Part shown: positions 1 to 12,959 of the stretch, one piece after another
Position numbering within the stretch: the first letter of the stretch is position 1
How the letters are laid out: every line of letters starts with the position of its first letter
From: Selaginella moellendorffii
Taxonomy: Eukaryota > Plantae > Lycopodiophyta
Direction of reading: 5' to 3'
DNA length: 64,000 nt
NCBI RefSeq assembly: GCF_000143415.4
Contig: NW_003314271.1
Coordinates: 2,375,245-2,439,244, forward strand
Notes under the pieces: model-generated
The model's database searches: none
What the model saw: only the letters and a program-made list of their open reading frames with translations
What the model was told of the DNA's origin: nothing
Made by a program: the position numbers and the translations under genes

Positions 1-455
1 CGAGTGGCAGTGTTGGCGAACATGGCCATGGACAGAAAAGGGACTTGGTAGGAACTGACAAAGGGATATTGGGGAATGCTATTCTCCATGTCTGTGGGCA
101 TCCTAAGGATGCTAAAGAGTGGATCTGGGTCGACCACTCGTGGACGGATGGCCCAATCTTGGAGAGACGGGATTGTGATGCAAGTGGTATTGGACCACTA
201 GTGCGGCAAAGGTGAATGGGCATGGCCTTAGCGTAACGGGCCGATATGTTAGTGGTGCCTTTGGGTGTCGGTCTTGGGACCAGACACGTGGAGCACTTGG
301 ACTAAGTGCAAGCGATGAGTGGCATGGATGCCATTCTTGGGCTAGCAAGCCCCAAGTCCTGAATTGGACTTAAGGAGGTTGTGAATGAGACTCCTCCAAG
401 CGGTTGAAGGTGTGGTTAAGTGACTAAAGTAGAATGGAAAAATTAGTCACTTACA
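1..455 (+). mobile_element. 3' part of a Gypsy-type LTR (begins before window)
   Basis: Clearly similar to 1811-2255; both end ...AAAA(T)TTAGTCACTTACA. Confidence 0.75.
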
Positions 456-2255
456 TGAACATTCTCTAGATTTGGCAAAATAGAGCTATTGCTATGGAAT
501 CAAAATAATACCTCAAGGATGGAGGTAATGATTCTATGTTGCTTGGGGCAACAATCAAAGGATAGAAGCAGAAGACTAGAGGCTAAGAATGGGCCATGGA
601 AATCATTAGAAGGAATCCAAAAGAAAAAGTTAGGTGAGAAACACTCATATGTTTGGTACTAACAGATTATGGAAAGGGAAATATATTTCTCATGATGGAT
701 TTCTAAATATTCTAATTTTGCGGAGCAAAAGCTCCAAGGGAGGGAGCAGCAAGGTAACCAAATGATAAGGCCGTAAACAACCCTAGCATAAACTATAGAA
801 AGATAAAACTTAGTGTCTAGAATGGCACGAAATAGAATAGAAGATGATGGTGCCCTTTAGTAAAGAACTTCCTAAGATGGGGAAGTTGAGTTTCCACAAC
901 ATGTGCAATGCAAGGTGTCAAAGACACCTAGGAAATTAACTGTAAAAAATCAAAATTAAAAGTTCCAAAGTGCGATAGTTATGCTGGTAGAGGCCGAGGC
1001 TATTCTTGAATAAGTAGTCAAATTGAAATAAAGACGATGTCTCTAATGCATTTAGCATGAACTAAACAAACAAAAGGGGAAGGACCACCATAAGTGGTCT
1101 AATAAGTTTCTAAATTGGAAACACTATACTCCTTAGAGGATGGACAAGGCATGGTGAGCTTTCAATGTCAAACCATTGACGAATATTAGTTAGGTGCCAA
1201 GGATAGAAAAGGTAATACATGTTAGTGTTGTTTTATAAAATGGTTTATCGTTTGATAAGGATGTTGAACTTCGTCTATGGGTAGTGGAGTTGTGAGACAC
1301 AAATCCTAGAGCCCCAAAAGTAGAGCCGAAAGAATGCCATATGGTAGTGGCCGAAGTGGAAGCCAAACGAGAGTAATATGTTTGGACTAAAAGCTCCAAC
1401 TTGGATAGTCAAGAGTGGGAGTGGAACTCCCAATGAAGTGCTCGAGGAATGAGCACAAAGCAAGCAGTAAATGAGTCTCTAGAAAAAGGACACAAGAGGA
1501 CTAACACATGACATGTGAAGAAGTTTGAAATAGACCCAAAGTGGAGTCCAAGATGGAGTTCAAGATAGACCTGAGATGGAATTTGAGATAGAGTTCGAGA
1601 GCACCCAAATAGAGCACCCAAATGCAAAAGGTGAAGAGAGTACCCATAAGGTTCATATAGGGCCATAGTGTTCCGAAATGTTATTTTAAAGTCCTAGACC
1701 ATGGAAAGGAAGAAGGCAACCTTCTAGTGTAATGACCAAGGATATGGTCACATGGTGATGAAGTCCTAAAGGACAGTGGGACTTAGTGGTCAGGCCAGTG
1801 GGCCTTAACTCAATGGTAGTATTGGCGAACACGGCCATAGACAAAAAGAGACTTGGTGAAGACTAAAAAAGGGGTATTGGGGAAAATTGTTTCCCATGTT
1901 TGTGGGCATTCTAAGGATGCTAAAGAGTGGATCTGGGATGACAATTCATAGACGGATGGCCCAATCTTTGAGAGATGGGACTGTGATGCAAATGGTATGT
2001 GACCACCAGTGTGGCAAAGGTAAATAGGCATGGCTTTAGTGTAATGGGCTGATATGTCGGTGGTACCTTTAAATGTCGATCATGGGATGGAGCACTTGGA
2101 CCAAGTGTAAAGGTTGAGTGGCATGGATGTTATTCTCAAGGCCAGCAAGCTCCAAGTCTGAAACAAAACTTATGGAGGTTGTGAGTGAGACTCCTCCAAA
2201 TGGTTGAAGGTGTGGTTAAGAGACTAAAGTAAAATGAAAAATTTAGTCACTTACA
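456..2255 (+). mobile_element. Decayed chromovirus 3' end: integrase/chromodomain remnant, PPT and 3' LTR (1291-2255)
   Basis: GAACTTCGTCTATGGGTAGTGGAGT|TGT at 1266-1293 nearly matches the PPT/LTR junction of the young element (56781-56808); VEAEAIL..WK-like chromodomain remnant at ~985-1125; LTR ends TG...CA; decayed hexamer array at ~1530-1620. Confidence 0.7.
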
Positions 2256-3269
2256 CAATAATAGAAGAAATTTACTATCCTAAATGGTACAAGGGGTGCA
2301 AGAAGATGGCATTGCTCCTATAAACCAAAGTCTAAGAGCACTCCATATATCATATTCAGTGATTATGAGCCTCTAGATCTAGTCAAATTGGACAATCCAC
2401 TAGCTTCACTTGTTCACTAGGAGGGACTGGAAAAGTATTGTGAGTGCAAGTGAAAAATTGGTTCAACTAGTTGGCCAAGTTAAGTGGGCTTAGAACATGG
2501 GATACATAAGAGCAAATTGCTAAGTTAAACTTAGAGTTGAAGCACTTAAATTTACTTCAACAAGTGTGCCAAAAGTGGCTATGGTGTCATGGAAAAGAGG
2601 AACACTATCATATATCATTGGGCAAAATTCTTCATGATTGAGAAGAAATAATTAGACCTAAAGTTGGCACTACAGATGCTTGTGAATTATACTGCTACTA
2701 GAATAGATATGATACTTAAGCTTACTCAAACCCGATTGTGATAGGGATGTGCTTCTTCTTCCAACCTCATATGATGGCTATAATAGTGGTTACTATGTTA
2801 ACCCTTGTGATCGCCTTGCCATAATCTTGGGACATCGAGGGAGCCTCAAGGGCTTTTTGCTGAAGTGCAATATAATAACCATTGGCCATGAGGCTCAAGT
2901 TGTCCACAAAGGGTTGCATCATAGTTTATTGTTGCTTCATAGGGCATTGCTCTGGGTGTAGCTTTTAGCAATGATCATCATTATGAGTTTGAAGGTATAT
3001 CTTGAAAGAGTAGAGTTCCTCTAAAAGCCACTCTTACTATTTTTCTTAGAGTATAAAGTTTTGCTACTGCTACAATAACAAAACCTTATATTGTTAAAGC
3101 TTTAATGATTGTTAAATGAAGATGTGTTTATGCCACTTTACATTTCCACTTGGTTCAAGTACTCCACGTGTTCAATTTCACTACAAACACTCAAAGTACC
3201 ACTGACATAAAGGCTATATCCATTCACCATTGTCTCATTGGTAGTCCAAAACCACTCATACCATAGACT

Positions 3270-3640
3270 TATTTCCCAAGGATTGCGCCACTCGTCTATG
3301 AGTGGTCATCCCATAATTACAGTTAACATCCTTAGGATACCTAGAGACATGGGGAACACCCTTCCCTAATATCCCTTCTTCAGTCCCCACTAAGTTCCAT
3401 ATCATTCATGGTAGTGCTCATTAATACGGCTACTGAGTTAGAGCCCAAAGGCCCAACCATTATGTCCCATTGACATTTAAGACTTCCTCACCACGTGACC
3501 ATACCCTTAGTCACTACACAAAAGAACTACTCCTCTTCCTTTCTATAAACTAAGACTTTGGGATGATATTTTAAAACACTATGACCCTATGTGAACCATA
3601 TAGGTACTCTCCCCACTTTTCAACTTTGGGTTCTTTAGCT
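3270..3640 (-). mobile_element. Decayed LTR fragment of the 1291-2255 family, inverted
   Basis: Reverse complement matches ~1640-1960 (e.g. CATCCTTAG...AGACATGGG..., GACTTC.TCACCA.GTGACCATA). Confidence 0.6.
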
Positions 3641-3859
3641 ATGTGGCTAGAACAAAGTTTTAATGAGCCATATTAGGTAGTGCCACTCACACTTAGATTG
3701 GGAGCATTGACCTTTCAATCTCTTAGGGCAATTAGAGTTGGCTCTTGAACATTTCACTAATTTACCCTATTTGTCCATTTATGTTTACTCTAGCATTGGA
3801 CTCCTCAATAGTTATATCATCACCCACCATGTAGATATAACCTTCCTATGTTATAATGG

Positions 3860-4170
3860 GGTTTGGACTCCAAAAGAACTAATTTAGCTAGGAAAGGCCA
3901 CACTCTCCCTATTATACTTTTGAAACCCCCCCAACCCCCTTGCCTCAGGATGATCACTTTGGGCTTTCACCCCATGATTTGTATTAGTGTTCAAACTCAC
4001 TCCCAGACTCAAATTCGGACTCAAACTCAGACTCAATCTCGGTCTTGATCTCAGTCTCAGACTCCTTCTTGATCCATCTTGGACTCTATCTCGAACTCCT
4101 ACTCGATCCATCTCAAACTTTATCTTGGCCTCCTTTTTAGACTCCATTTCAAACCCATCTCAAACTCCAT
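3860..4170 (-). mobile_element. Decayed LTR fragment related to the 50424 LTR family, inverted
   Basis: CCCTATTATACTTTTGAAACCCCC...TTTGGGCTTTCACCCC is the reverse complement of GGGGTGAAAGCCCAAAG...GGGGGTTCCAAAAGTATAGTAGGG in the young LTR; decayed hexamer array follows. Confidence 0.7.
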
Positions 4171-4689
4171 CTGTCGCAAATATGACTTTAGGTATTGAAA
4201 TATATTTATCGGCCAGTCCTTACCTCCTTACTGCCATAACTGCAGAAGGTCGATATTGCTGGTTCATTTTAATAGCCCCTCTTGTTCAAGTGTTAGTAAA
4301 CTAGACTTAGCATCTGTACTTGGTCGGATGAGCATAAGGAAGGAATTCTTAAGTGTCTATTTACCCAAGCATACTTAATCCGACTTGTTAATTCTCTTTT
4401 ACTCTATCTTGCACTAGCTTAGCAAAAACCTTCGCATATTGAGTCTAATCCCTCAATATCACTACATGATAACTTACTGTGTTTGCCAAACACCCTTGTT
4501 CTCATGCCTTTTGTGTTAATCTCATTTCAATCCCAAAAAATATTTATGGAAATAGTCTAGACTCACTCATTTGGCACATCTATGAAATGTAGAAATTGTC
4601 CTGAACACAATGGTGTTCATCCTATATTCAAATTCGCAATCTAAGGACATTCCATGTTTAGTAAATTTAGAGCTTGTCTCAAAGACTAA

Positions 4690-6030
4690 CTCTTGGTACT
4701 AAGGGAGGCTTAGGGTGACAGCCCAAAACATGTGTTCCTCAAGGGGGGGGGGGGTTCCAAATGTATAATAGAGATAGTGGTTGGAATGCATATCTAACCA
4801 CTTAAGACATTAGTTTAGCTCCCATTGGGCTATGCCACTCCTTGTTCTGTATCTGACTTGGGTCTAAGCCTAAGCTTCATGCTCCTCTAGTTGCTAAGGC
4901 ACCCTCCTCCTTGTGTTAGGCTACTGGTATGCCAAAATTGTGCCAAACACTATCTGATACCATTTTGCGTGTAGGTGTTGGATACAGGGAGTTTTTGTTC
5001 GTGGGATTGTACTAGACTCTCGTTTCATAGTGCAACAGGCTTGGAGTTCGGGTCCAAATTTAGGTGCGTTACATTTGGTATCAGAAGAATAGTCTCAACG
5101 ATCCCTATCCAACTTTTATTGGATTTTCTGACTCAAGTTACATATGTAGAGATTTTTCTAGTAGATCCAAAGTGACATGTATAAGATTAGTTAGATTGCA
5201 CCATTCGATAAGAATGTTGTATACATGTTCAATTACTGATAGAGGCATACATGTAGCTAGCGAGATGGTGAAAAGGAACCATGCTGATGACACTAAAACC
5301 TCTAGACAGGGGAATCAAGAGGAGGAAAATTCTGCTAGAGATGCTACGAAAGAGGTTGAGGCTAAGTCAGAAGAGGAAGAAATAAACACTGCAACACTAT
5401 AGTATATGGCTCAGAAAGTCAAAATCGAGAATTTGCGAAGGGAAATTTGTAAGTTGAAGAAAGAGAACAAAAAGAGGAAGAAAGAAGCTGAGGCAGCTAA
5501 ACCAGCTAAACCTAAGAAATCAGACTCTTTTTCAAGTTTTGAGGACGATGAAGTTTTGCAACCCCCTTCAGTTGCACTAGTTTCAAAGTTCAAGCCTCCA
5601 AAACCACCCAATTTCAAGGGCATGTAGGACTATTAGGTTTTGGAAGACTATATAGAAAATTATTTCATAGAAACAAACATAGATAATCGTACAAAAGTTA
5701 CATGTGTGCAAGCCTTTCTCACCGATCATGCCAAAACTTGGTGGTGCCAAGTATGTGCTGAAAAAGGGCAGACTAAAAGTTGGACTAAGTTGCAGTCTCG
5801 TATCCACAAGGAATATTTGTCGGATGATCTTGGTCTAAAACTTCACATAGAGTTGTGGCGGTTAAAAGTAAAAAGGGGATCTTATGTATTACATTAATGC
5901 GTTTGCTCAAAAACGCACTATAATTGCCAATATAAGTGATGAAGATGCTTGGAGTTATTTCCTAGAGGGTTTAAGTTCACTTTCTCACAATGAGATTTTG
6001 AAGTTTAATAGAATACCTAGATTATTTTCA
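4690..6030 (+). mobile_element. Decayed Gypsy 5' end: LTR remnant (ends 5073), tRNA-iMet PBS (5076-5085), gag pseudogene (~5265-6030)
   Basis: TTACA-TT-TGGTATCAGA; Gag remnant KFKPPKPPNFKG..KVTCVQAFLTDHAKTWW aligns to [29 protein letters not shown] of the 51630 Gag; in-frame stops. Confidence 0.75.
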
Positions 6031-6133
6031 TCTCTCTAGTAGTAAGTATGAAGAGAAAAATGAGAGGCGTGTTGGTTAAAGACATCCACCATCTCAAAGA
6101 CTACCCAGTCTTTGATTCACAGGCATCACAGTA

Positions 6134-6816
6134 GGCTTTTGTTACATTTGGGAGCATGGAGGAACTCATGGCCTTCTTGCGACAGTAGCATCTGCTCTGC
6201 CCACGCGGCTGCAATCCTTCGGCACTCACCAAGTTTGACTATTTTGAAAACCACTGATCCAAGCACGCTACAAGTGCACGGTGTGCAAACAGCACTTCAC
6301 CCTAGGTGGAACAACACGAGCGAAACGAGCCAAGAAGGAAGATGGTGGTTGTCCAAGAAAGAGACCCAAGAAGGAGCAGCAGCAAAAGAAGTCAAGGGGG
6401 CAGTGTCTTCCTTGCGCGATAGAGGTGGGTCAATGCCCTAGTCAGCGCCGGGATCAATCGTTGCCAGTCAACGCTTGTGACCTCGAGGGATACATGCAAG
6501 GCAAGGAGATTTTCCAGGAGGTTCAGAAATTGAAAATGGATTTGGAGGACAAGGGCCCTTCCGTGGAGGACGAGGAGAACTTTCTCAGGGATTTCAAAGT
6601 TGATGATGGTGATGATCTAGATTTACTACTGGGTCTTGAGGAGTTCAGCGACCCACAGGGCCAAGGCACTCGATTCGATTTGGGTGAGGAGTAAAACGAT
6701 TCTGTCATGGAGCTGGAGCAGCAAATGGAGGAAGAATTTCCAATAGATGAGGAGAGTAATTTCACCATGGAGTTGGAGTGGGAAATTGAGGAAGCATTTG
6801 CCGTGGTAAATGAGTA
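6134..6816 (+). pseudogene. Divergent Dof-type C2C2 zinc-finger pseudogene
   Basis: LCPRGCNPSALTKFDYFENH*SK/(frameshift ~6264)/RYKCTVCKQHFTLGGTTR matches the Dof pattern CPRC-TKFCYYNN-QPRYFCxxCRRYWTxGGxxR; two stops and a frameshift; acidic tail. Confidence 0.6.
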
Positions 6817-7136
6817 AGCAATGGTCGTTTGGAGGGATGAAGTGTGCAACATCTGGAGTCAAAACAATCTCATATTCACCACAAATCACACTGGTTTTAA
6901 AAGTGCCCAAACTCACGTATGCTGATCAATCAGCAAAAATGGACGATAAAAGAACATCCTTGTAAGAAGCAGCTCCTAAAGAGAAAAAAGAAAAAAACAT
7001 TGTTCTCACAGCATTGTTTTTACAATATGCTTTATTACTTTTGCATCACTTCCAAAAAATGAATAAACCATAGATTAATTTCAGTTTAAGCCAGACAAAA
7101 AGGTCGATCACTTGTCAAACGGCTTGGGAGCGCTGA

Positions 7137-7703
7137 TTATGTAGACTCGAATCCAATCCCTTTGCACACAATGGTCCGGTTGTTCTTGTTCAGGAGAGCA
7201 CAGTTCGTGTACTTGATCGTGCAGCAATTATCGCAGCAATCGACAATCACCACGCCGCCACACTTGACAAGAGTGTCCGTTAAGGAAAACAGGGGGCACC
7301 AGCTGCCTCGACCCTTGCAAGCCACGCTTACGTTCCTGTAGTGCAGCGAGCAGTCGCTGTGCAGCAGTTCTGGCACTGATCGTAGCTGACGAACGTCGGG
7401 CAATCGAGATAAATCCGGCGAAACACTCCTTTGGTGCAAGCAACACCTTGCGCAACTGCAAATCCACAAGTCTAAGCGCGAGAGAGAAAGAGAGAACCAA
7501 GCAAACTTCCAAATGCCTGTCCTGTGATAAAAAAGGAAGTTTTAAATTAGCAGATGCTGTAAATACAAAAGATAATTTGTACCTGAGATTAGAAGCAAGA
7601 GGCCGGGGTCTTCATACTGTGTCAATGCGAGCAGCACTTTCTTCCGCTGGAAGGGCCTTTCCAGCTTGGATTCCTTGAGCAAATTTGCCTTCCCATCTGT
7701 CAT
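7137..7703 (-). pseudogene. Small Cys-rich, probably secreted two-repeat protein; frameshifted (pseudogene or sequence error)
   Basis: Spliced N-terminus ..PGLLLLIS|VAQG-VACTKG; repeat 1 CPTFVSYDQCQNCCT/SDCSLHYRNVSVACKG (frame change ~7358); repeat 2 CGGVVIVDCCDNCCTIKYTNCALLNKNNRTIVCKG. Confidence 0.45.
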
Positions 7704-7828
7704 CGCAAATTTCAGATAATTTAAGAGGTTGGTGTTACCAAATTCGTAGACAGTTCCTGCTCAACTGAAACACCAAGGCAGCAACGCATAATGCGGTTTA
7801 GTTTAAAAGAGAAATAAAATGCGAAATG

Positions 7829-9968
7829 TTAGCTAAAGTCCTCTTCGTCGTCACTCCCCTGAAGCGCCTGCACAACAATAATCATCAAACAACGATCAAG
7901 GAAAATGCAGCATACCTGGCGAATTGCACTAGCTTTCTCCAGGATCGTAGCGACGTTGACGCTGGACGTTGCTGGGCAAGGAGTCTCAGTTTTCTCCTTC
8001 TCCTGCTGGGCAGCGTGCTTTAGATTGAAAGACTGGAACAAAACATGCTCTTTGTCACAATTCTTTCACCCATGATATGAATTCTTACCCTCGAGCGTAT
8101 TTGCTCCAGTAAGACCTCACGACTGCCAAACGATTTCGCCCGAGGATCACTGGTCACCTTTCTCAGCTGAAAAATAAGTTTGCAATTTTCAGAAGTTCAA
8201 AAGTAAAAACACTTACCGTATCCTTGTCATGAGAAACAATGGAATCCATTAGTATGTCATGGTGCTGGTGGCCAACGGGAGCTCCTTGGTCCTTCAAATT
8301 TTCTGGCGCTGGTGATGACGAAACATCCCCGGGAACAAGCGTCTTCGCAACCCTCCATTTGCTCGGAGGCAGCGGAGGAGGAGGTGGTGCCTCATCGGGA
8401 AAACTTGCTGCTTCCGAAGGTGAGCTCGGCCTGAAGGGCACGGTCCAAACCTCCCGTTCCTTCGTTGCGTTTCTTCCAATCCCCACTACAGGAGAGTCCA
8501 GCACACTGAATATTTGCTGCGACGAGTACGACTCTTCAGATAGATCCGACAGGGATGGCGACGCGGATGGCGATGAAATCTCGGAAGGTGACGTGCTGGA
8601 GTAGAAAGAAAGCTCGGTCGCTCCTTGAACATTGAAGGGACTACGCTGCGGCAGATCCTCTTGGATAAAGTCTTTTGGTGGCGTCGCTCTGGCCTCCTGT
8701 TTAACTGGAAAAGCAGCTTCCTGATTTGACCCACTGGATGTTCGGCTGGACGTACTGCACCTGGCCTTTTCATTTTCTATTTCTGCATCCGGCTCTATGC
8801 TCGTGAGAGCATCAACGAAGTGCTCTGCACCGTCGACAAAATCACTGTCGGTCGCTGACGTCGTATGCCTCGTCCTCTTCTGGAGCAGAGAGTTTTCTTC
8901 TATTTCCTTGGCGCTGATGCGAAGCGTTTCCACTTTCAACGCACGTAGTTCCGTGTCGGTATCATCAGCAAGATACGGGTCCAAGAATGCATCCACACTG
9001 TGGATGAACTTTGAGGCTTCTATGAAACTAATGCAAGCCAAAACAGTTGATACTTTTTCGATAAACAAAACGTACCTGAGCTTAGCTTCCGGGGTGATAC
9101 TTTGTCGGGTATCATGAACACCACTAGTTTCACGTTTCTGCAAAATTCTGTCAATTACGCTACAGCAACCCATTAGACGCGACTTACTTTCCCTCTTTCT
9201 CTGACGCGCCGCCCAGTCTGGAGCCTCTCCGCCTTTAAAAGCTCCGAATTCGCCCATTTAATTCGGAAGAAGGAAGGGTCCGTATATCTCCTCAGCGTAG
9301 CTCCCGCTCCGGCAACGTCAAAACTACAGACAAAAATCAACTAATACAAACTGCAAAAGAATCCAGATTGCCTACTTGTCCAAGAGAAAGAAGCGCGGGG
9401 GTTCTCTACAGTCATCATACGACTGCTGGAGGAAGCGGGGAAGCTCCGGCTGAGAGAAGTGATTCTGCTTCACGAAAATGGTCGGATGCCACTGAAAACC
9501 TGCTTGAGAACCCAAAAAAACAAAAAAAAAGAATTTATCACAAAGCAAAAGCAAAGGAAAGCAAAAGGAATACCTTCTGTAAAGGCATAGCTCAGCTGAT
9601 CAGACTCGCAATAGACGGTCTCTTCCAATGTAGGTAGCTCGGCTTCGAGCCTTTCCACTCGCCGAGCGATTTGTTTCCCTCTCGAGGATAACGCCACGAC
9701 CTCTTGATGCAAGTCGTTGAAAATCTCCGCGGCGAGCCTGACACACACGCATAGACAAGAGTAAAGACAAGAGAATGAGACCAAAAGAGAAGAAAAAAAC
9801 ATACAACACTCACTCTGCCACTTCTCCAAGCTGTCGCACGATCCCAGCCAGTGCCGCCATTGTGATGCTCTCGAACAGCGCCTCAGCATCGTTCTTGGGG
9901 ACGGCCTTGTACAGCTCGGGATTCGCAAAACGGTACTCGCTCTGGAGCTCGTACCTTGCCAAAGGCAT
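7829..9968 (-). CDS. SCAR: SCAR/WAVE family Arp2/3 activator (multi-exon)
   Basis: N-terminal SCAR homology domain MPLARYELQSEYRFANPELY..AALAGIVRQLGEVAE|LAAEIFNDLHQEV..; PPRFFLLDK|FDVAGAGATLRRYTDPSFF; polyproline; WH2 (LLEQIRSRSFNLK), connector (TILEKASAIRQA) and acidic tail; GT-AG introns. Confidence 0.92.
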
Positions 9969-11689
9969 CCCAGGAGCGATATTTCGGCGACGATCGACCA
10001 AATCACCCGCAGCGCTCACGAGCCGATCGCCAGAAATCCAATGCAGGCCGAGATCAGGCGGGCGGCGCACAAGTAGGAGGAAGAAGAAAGAAAATTTCTC
10101 GAGGATCGAGGAGTGAGAACCTGCATTAATCCCGCGCGCTCACACCGCGGCGCCTACATGCATTCCAGCCGCGGCATGACAAAGAGGAACCCTAGCCGCG
10201 CGCGAGGAACGCTCCCTTCCCTCTATCGAAAAGATAGCCGGCTGCTCACAATACACTCGCCATAGCTGAGAGTCCCGGGATGCACGGCCCATCGTCCGCC
10301 ACGTCACACGCCGATGGACGTGGCGCCATCGCGGGCGTCCAAGATCCTCGCTGACCGGTTTCTCACACCAATGGCGGGGCGCTCTAAAATCCACATTACA
10401 TGGCAATAGTACGGCGGGAAGTGACAGACGCAATGATCCACGCCAGAGAAGCTTTTCTCTCTCCTACAAAATACACTTGTACGGCGGGTCAACCTTTTCA
10501 CTTCCCGCCACAGCCATGGCCCAAATGTTTTCTGTACGGTATGTCAAAACTAATTTGTCCTGATGTTATGGTCATACGCATTGTCTTTAGACCTTGACCT
10601 GAATGGAAAGAATCAATTTCGAAGTAAGCTTACTACTGAGAGCCTAACTTGTGTAGGAAACTTAGAGCATCACCTTGAACAATCTAACTTGTTCTTTCTC
10701 ACAGCTTGTTTTAGAACTTAAGATCGAATGGACATTATCTCTAACTTCGCTACAGCCCCCTAGAGTTCGTCTCGAGCTATAATCAGATCATTAGAACCTT
10801 CAAAACCAAGAGTAAACCATGAAGCAAGTGCAACTTGCTCATAACAGATTAGAGCTTTAGCACTAAGAATTTAGAGATTACCTCTAACCATCTCGCTATA
10901 ATCCAATCCCTCTCCCCCAAGATGTTGATTTCTTCTAGAGTTCTCTCCAGCTATAATCATAGCATTGGAACCTTCAAAACCAAGAGTAGAACATACTGGG
11001 ATCAAGTTCCCAAAAACACATGTCAACTCACAACAATCAACCATGCAAGTAATAAGAATGTCTGTAACTTCAGTCAGGCTACCTGAATACACTCGATTAA
11101 GAAACAACTGTGAACAAAGATTCGACAGCTTGTAACACAGATTAGAGCCGTAGAAGCTCATAGTTTTTCCCATAAGCAGCAGCAGGCAAAACCGATTTAG
11201 AACAGTTTGGAATCCAGAGACATCTTACCTTCTTGAGCCCATGATCAATCACGTCGCCAGCCAAATCACTATGTACACCTGAAAAGCTTCATCTGCATTC
11301 ATGAACAAAGCATATAACAAAGTTCCAAGAGAAGAAAGGTTGCATCATATTGCATTAGCAGCCCAGGTTGGAGCAGCTCTTACAAAACTCAATCATTCCA
11401 AAACAGAAACAGGAGACAAGGAGATCACAAAACAAGAGAGTGGTAATGCCATGGAAGGTGAGAGAGATGGAGTCAGCCATCGCTAGCAGTGAGTGAGTGA
11501 CTGAGTGAGTGGGTAAATGCAAGTAAGAAGTGAACTTAGTAAGCAAGCAAGCATGAGTGGCATGATCAGCAGGAGTTGTAATAGTAGCAGTAGCAATGGA
11601 GTTGGGTAAGGATGACTCAGCCAGCACGAGGATATGGACGGATGGAGCTTCCAGCGATTGAAAGGATATGGTGGATGGATCAAACTCGA

Positions 11690-12472
11690 TCAGTCGTAAT
11701 GCCCGGCGGGGTGGAGCTGCTTGAGCAGGCCAACATAGGTGAGGTAGAGCACCCGATCCTTTGCTCCGGTGCGGTGGCGGCGCGTGTGCTTGCAGAAGTA
11801 CTTGAGCTGGTCCAGCGTGCACAGGCCGAGCGTCTGCGTGAGGAGCAAGAACAGCCAGTTGATGTGCCGCTTCTTGGCGTGGATGACGGGCTTGACGCAG
11901 TCGGTCTGGAGGCAAAGCGAGCAGTCGAGGAGGCGCGGCGACGTCCAGCACTTGGGAGCGCGATCGTGCATGGTGTCGCGGTGGGTCACGAAGTAGTTGC
12001 TCACCGCCGCGAAGCCCGCCGCCACCCCGACCTCGACGCTGCCCGGGCCGTCGCACCGCTTGCACATCACGTCCCCGGCCACCTTGTCGATCCCCGCCGC
12101 CTGCAGGGTGTCAAGGGAGAGCACCACCGCGCGCCGCTCGCTCGCCCACGCGTACGCCGGCACGATGATATCTCCCTTCCCGCTACTGCCACCGCCGTGG
12201 TGGTGACTGGATCGCTGCGGCGGGGGGAGCTCCTTGCTCGCCGCCACCGCCGCCGAGGCGGCTTGATCGCTGGAGGAGGACGACGCCGATCCCGAGCGGA
12301 GCTGGCGGCGGGCCTTCTTCGATTCCTCGCTGGGCGCCTCCGGGCGCTCGTGGTGGAGATGAGCGGCGGGCGCGCGCGACGCCGCCGGTGCCGCCGCCAC
12401 GCCGCCGCCTCCACCCGGTGGCGACAGCGTCAGTCGCAGCTGGGCCTCTTCCTCGTCGATACCTGGCAGCAT
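11690..12472 (-). CDS. Plant-specific putative zinc-binding protein (At1g49330/At2g16190-like, DUF7086-type), intronless
   Basis: CKRC...MHDRAP..W..P.L.DCSLC...VKPVI..KKRHINWLFLLL.QTLG.CTL.QLKYFCKH...HRTGAKDRVLYLTY; LRLTL EAR-like motif near the N-terminus. Confidence 0.8.
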   Translation of the reverse strand: MLPGIDEEEAQLRLTLSPPGGGGGVAAAPAASRAPAAHLHHERPEAPSEESKKARRQLRSGSASSSSSDQAASAAVAASKELPPPQRSSHHHGGGSSGKGDIIVPAYAWASERRAVVLSLDTLQAAGIDKVAGDVMCKRCDGPGSVEVGVAAGFAAVSNYFVTHRDTMHDRAPKCWTSPRLLDCSLCLQTDCVKPVIHAKKRHINWLFLLLTQTLGLCTLDQLKYFCKHTRRHRTGAKDRVLYLTYVGLLKQLHPAGHYD

Positions 12473-12959
12473 TGCACTTGTAAGGATTCTTTTTTTCTTT
12501 TACTTGCAAAGCCTCGCTATAAACTCAAGCACTACAGAATCTTCTTCTTCCTCCTGGCCTTCCTCGCACAGCTCTGGCTATGGAGCCATGGAGGAGCCAC
12601 AGGCAAAAAAAAAAAAAATCGCAGCCAGGGAAAGACAACACAGAAAAAAGGAGGGAGGCGGTCGGTAGGTGAAAGAGCTTCCCCGATTTATGCCTTAATT
12701 TCCTCAAGTAACTGGGACAGTATATTCTACCGCCCTGTGGTGGTATATTCGGTGAAGACAACCCCTTTTTTTTCTTCTAACCATTTTTCTCTGTGCTGTG
12801 GACCTTGTATTTTTTAAGGATTTTTTTTCGTTTTCTTGTAACAAATCGGCAACAACAACCCAACAACAAGCAAACGGGCCCTCCTCCCCATATTAAATAC
12901 TTTTCTCTGTGGTTTTATATGTGTTTTTATGTTTTTTTTTGGGATGATTTGGTGTCGTC

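Noticed and set aside
10780-10990. Repeat CATT.GAACCTTCAAAACCAAGAGTA (two copies)
   Set aside because: Short local duplication in intergenic/UTR DNA with no supportable function
11355-12817. Long overlapping/antisense ORFs (236 and 401 aa); similar cases at 21374-22429, 25355-25951 and 41405-42183
   Set aside because: Shadow frames of GC-rich real genes; no recognisable motifs
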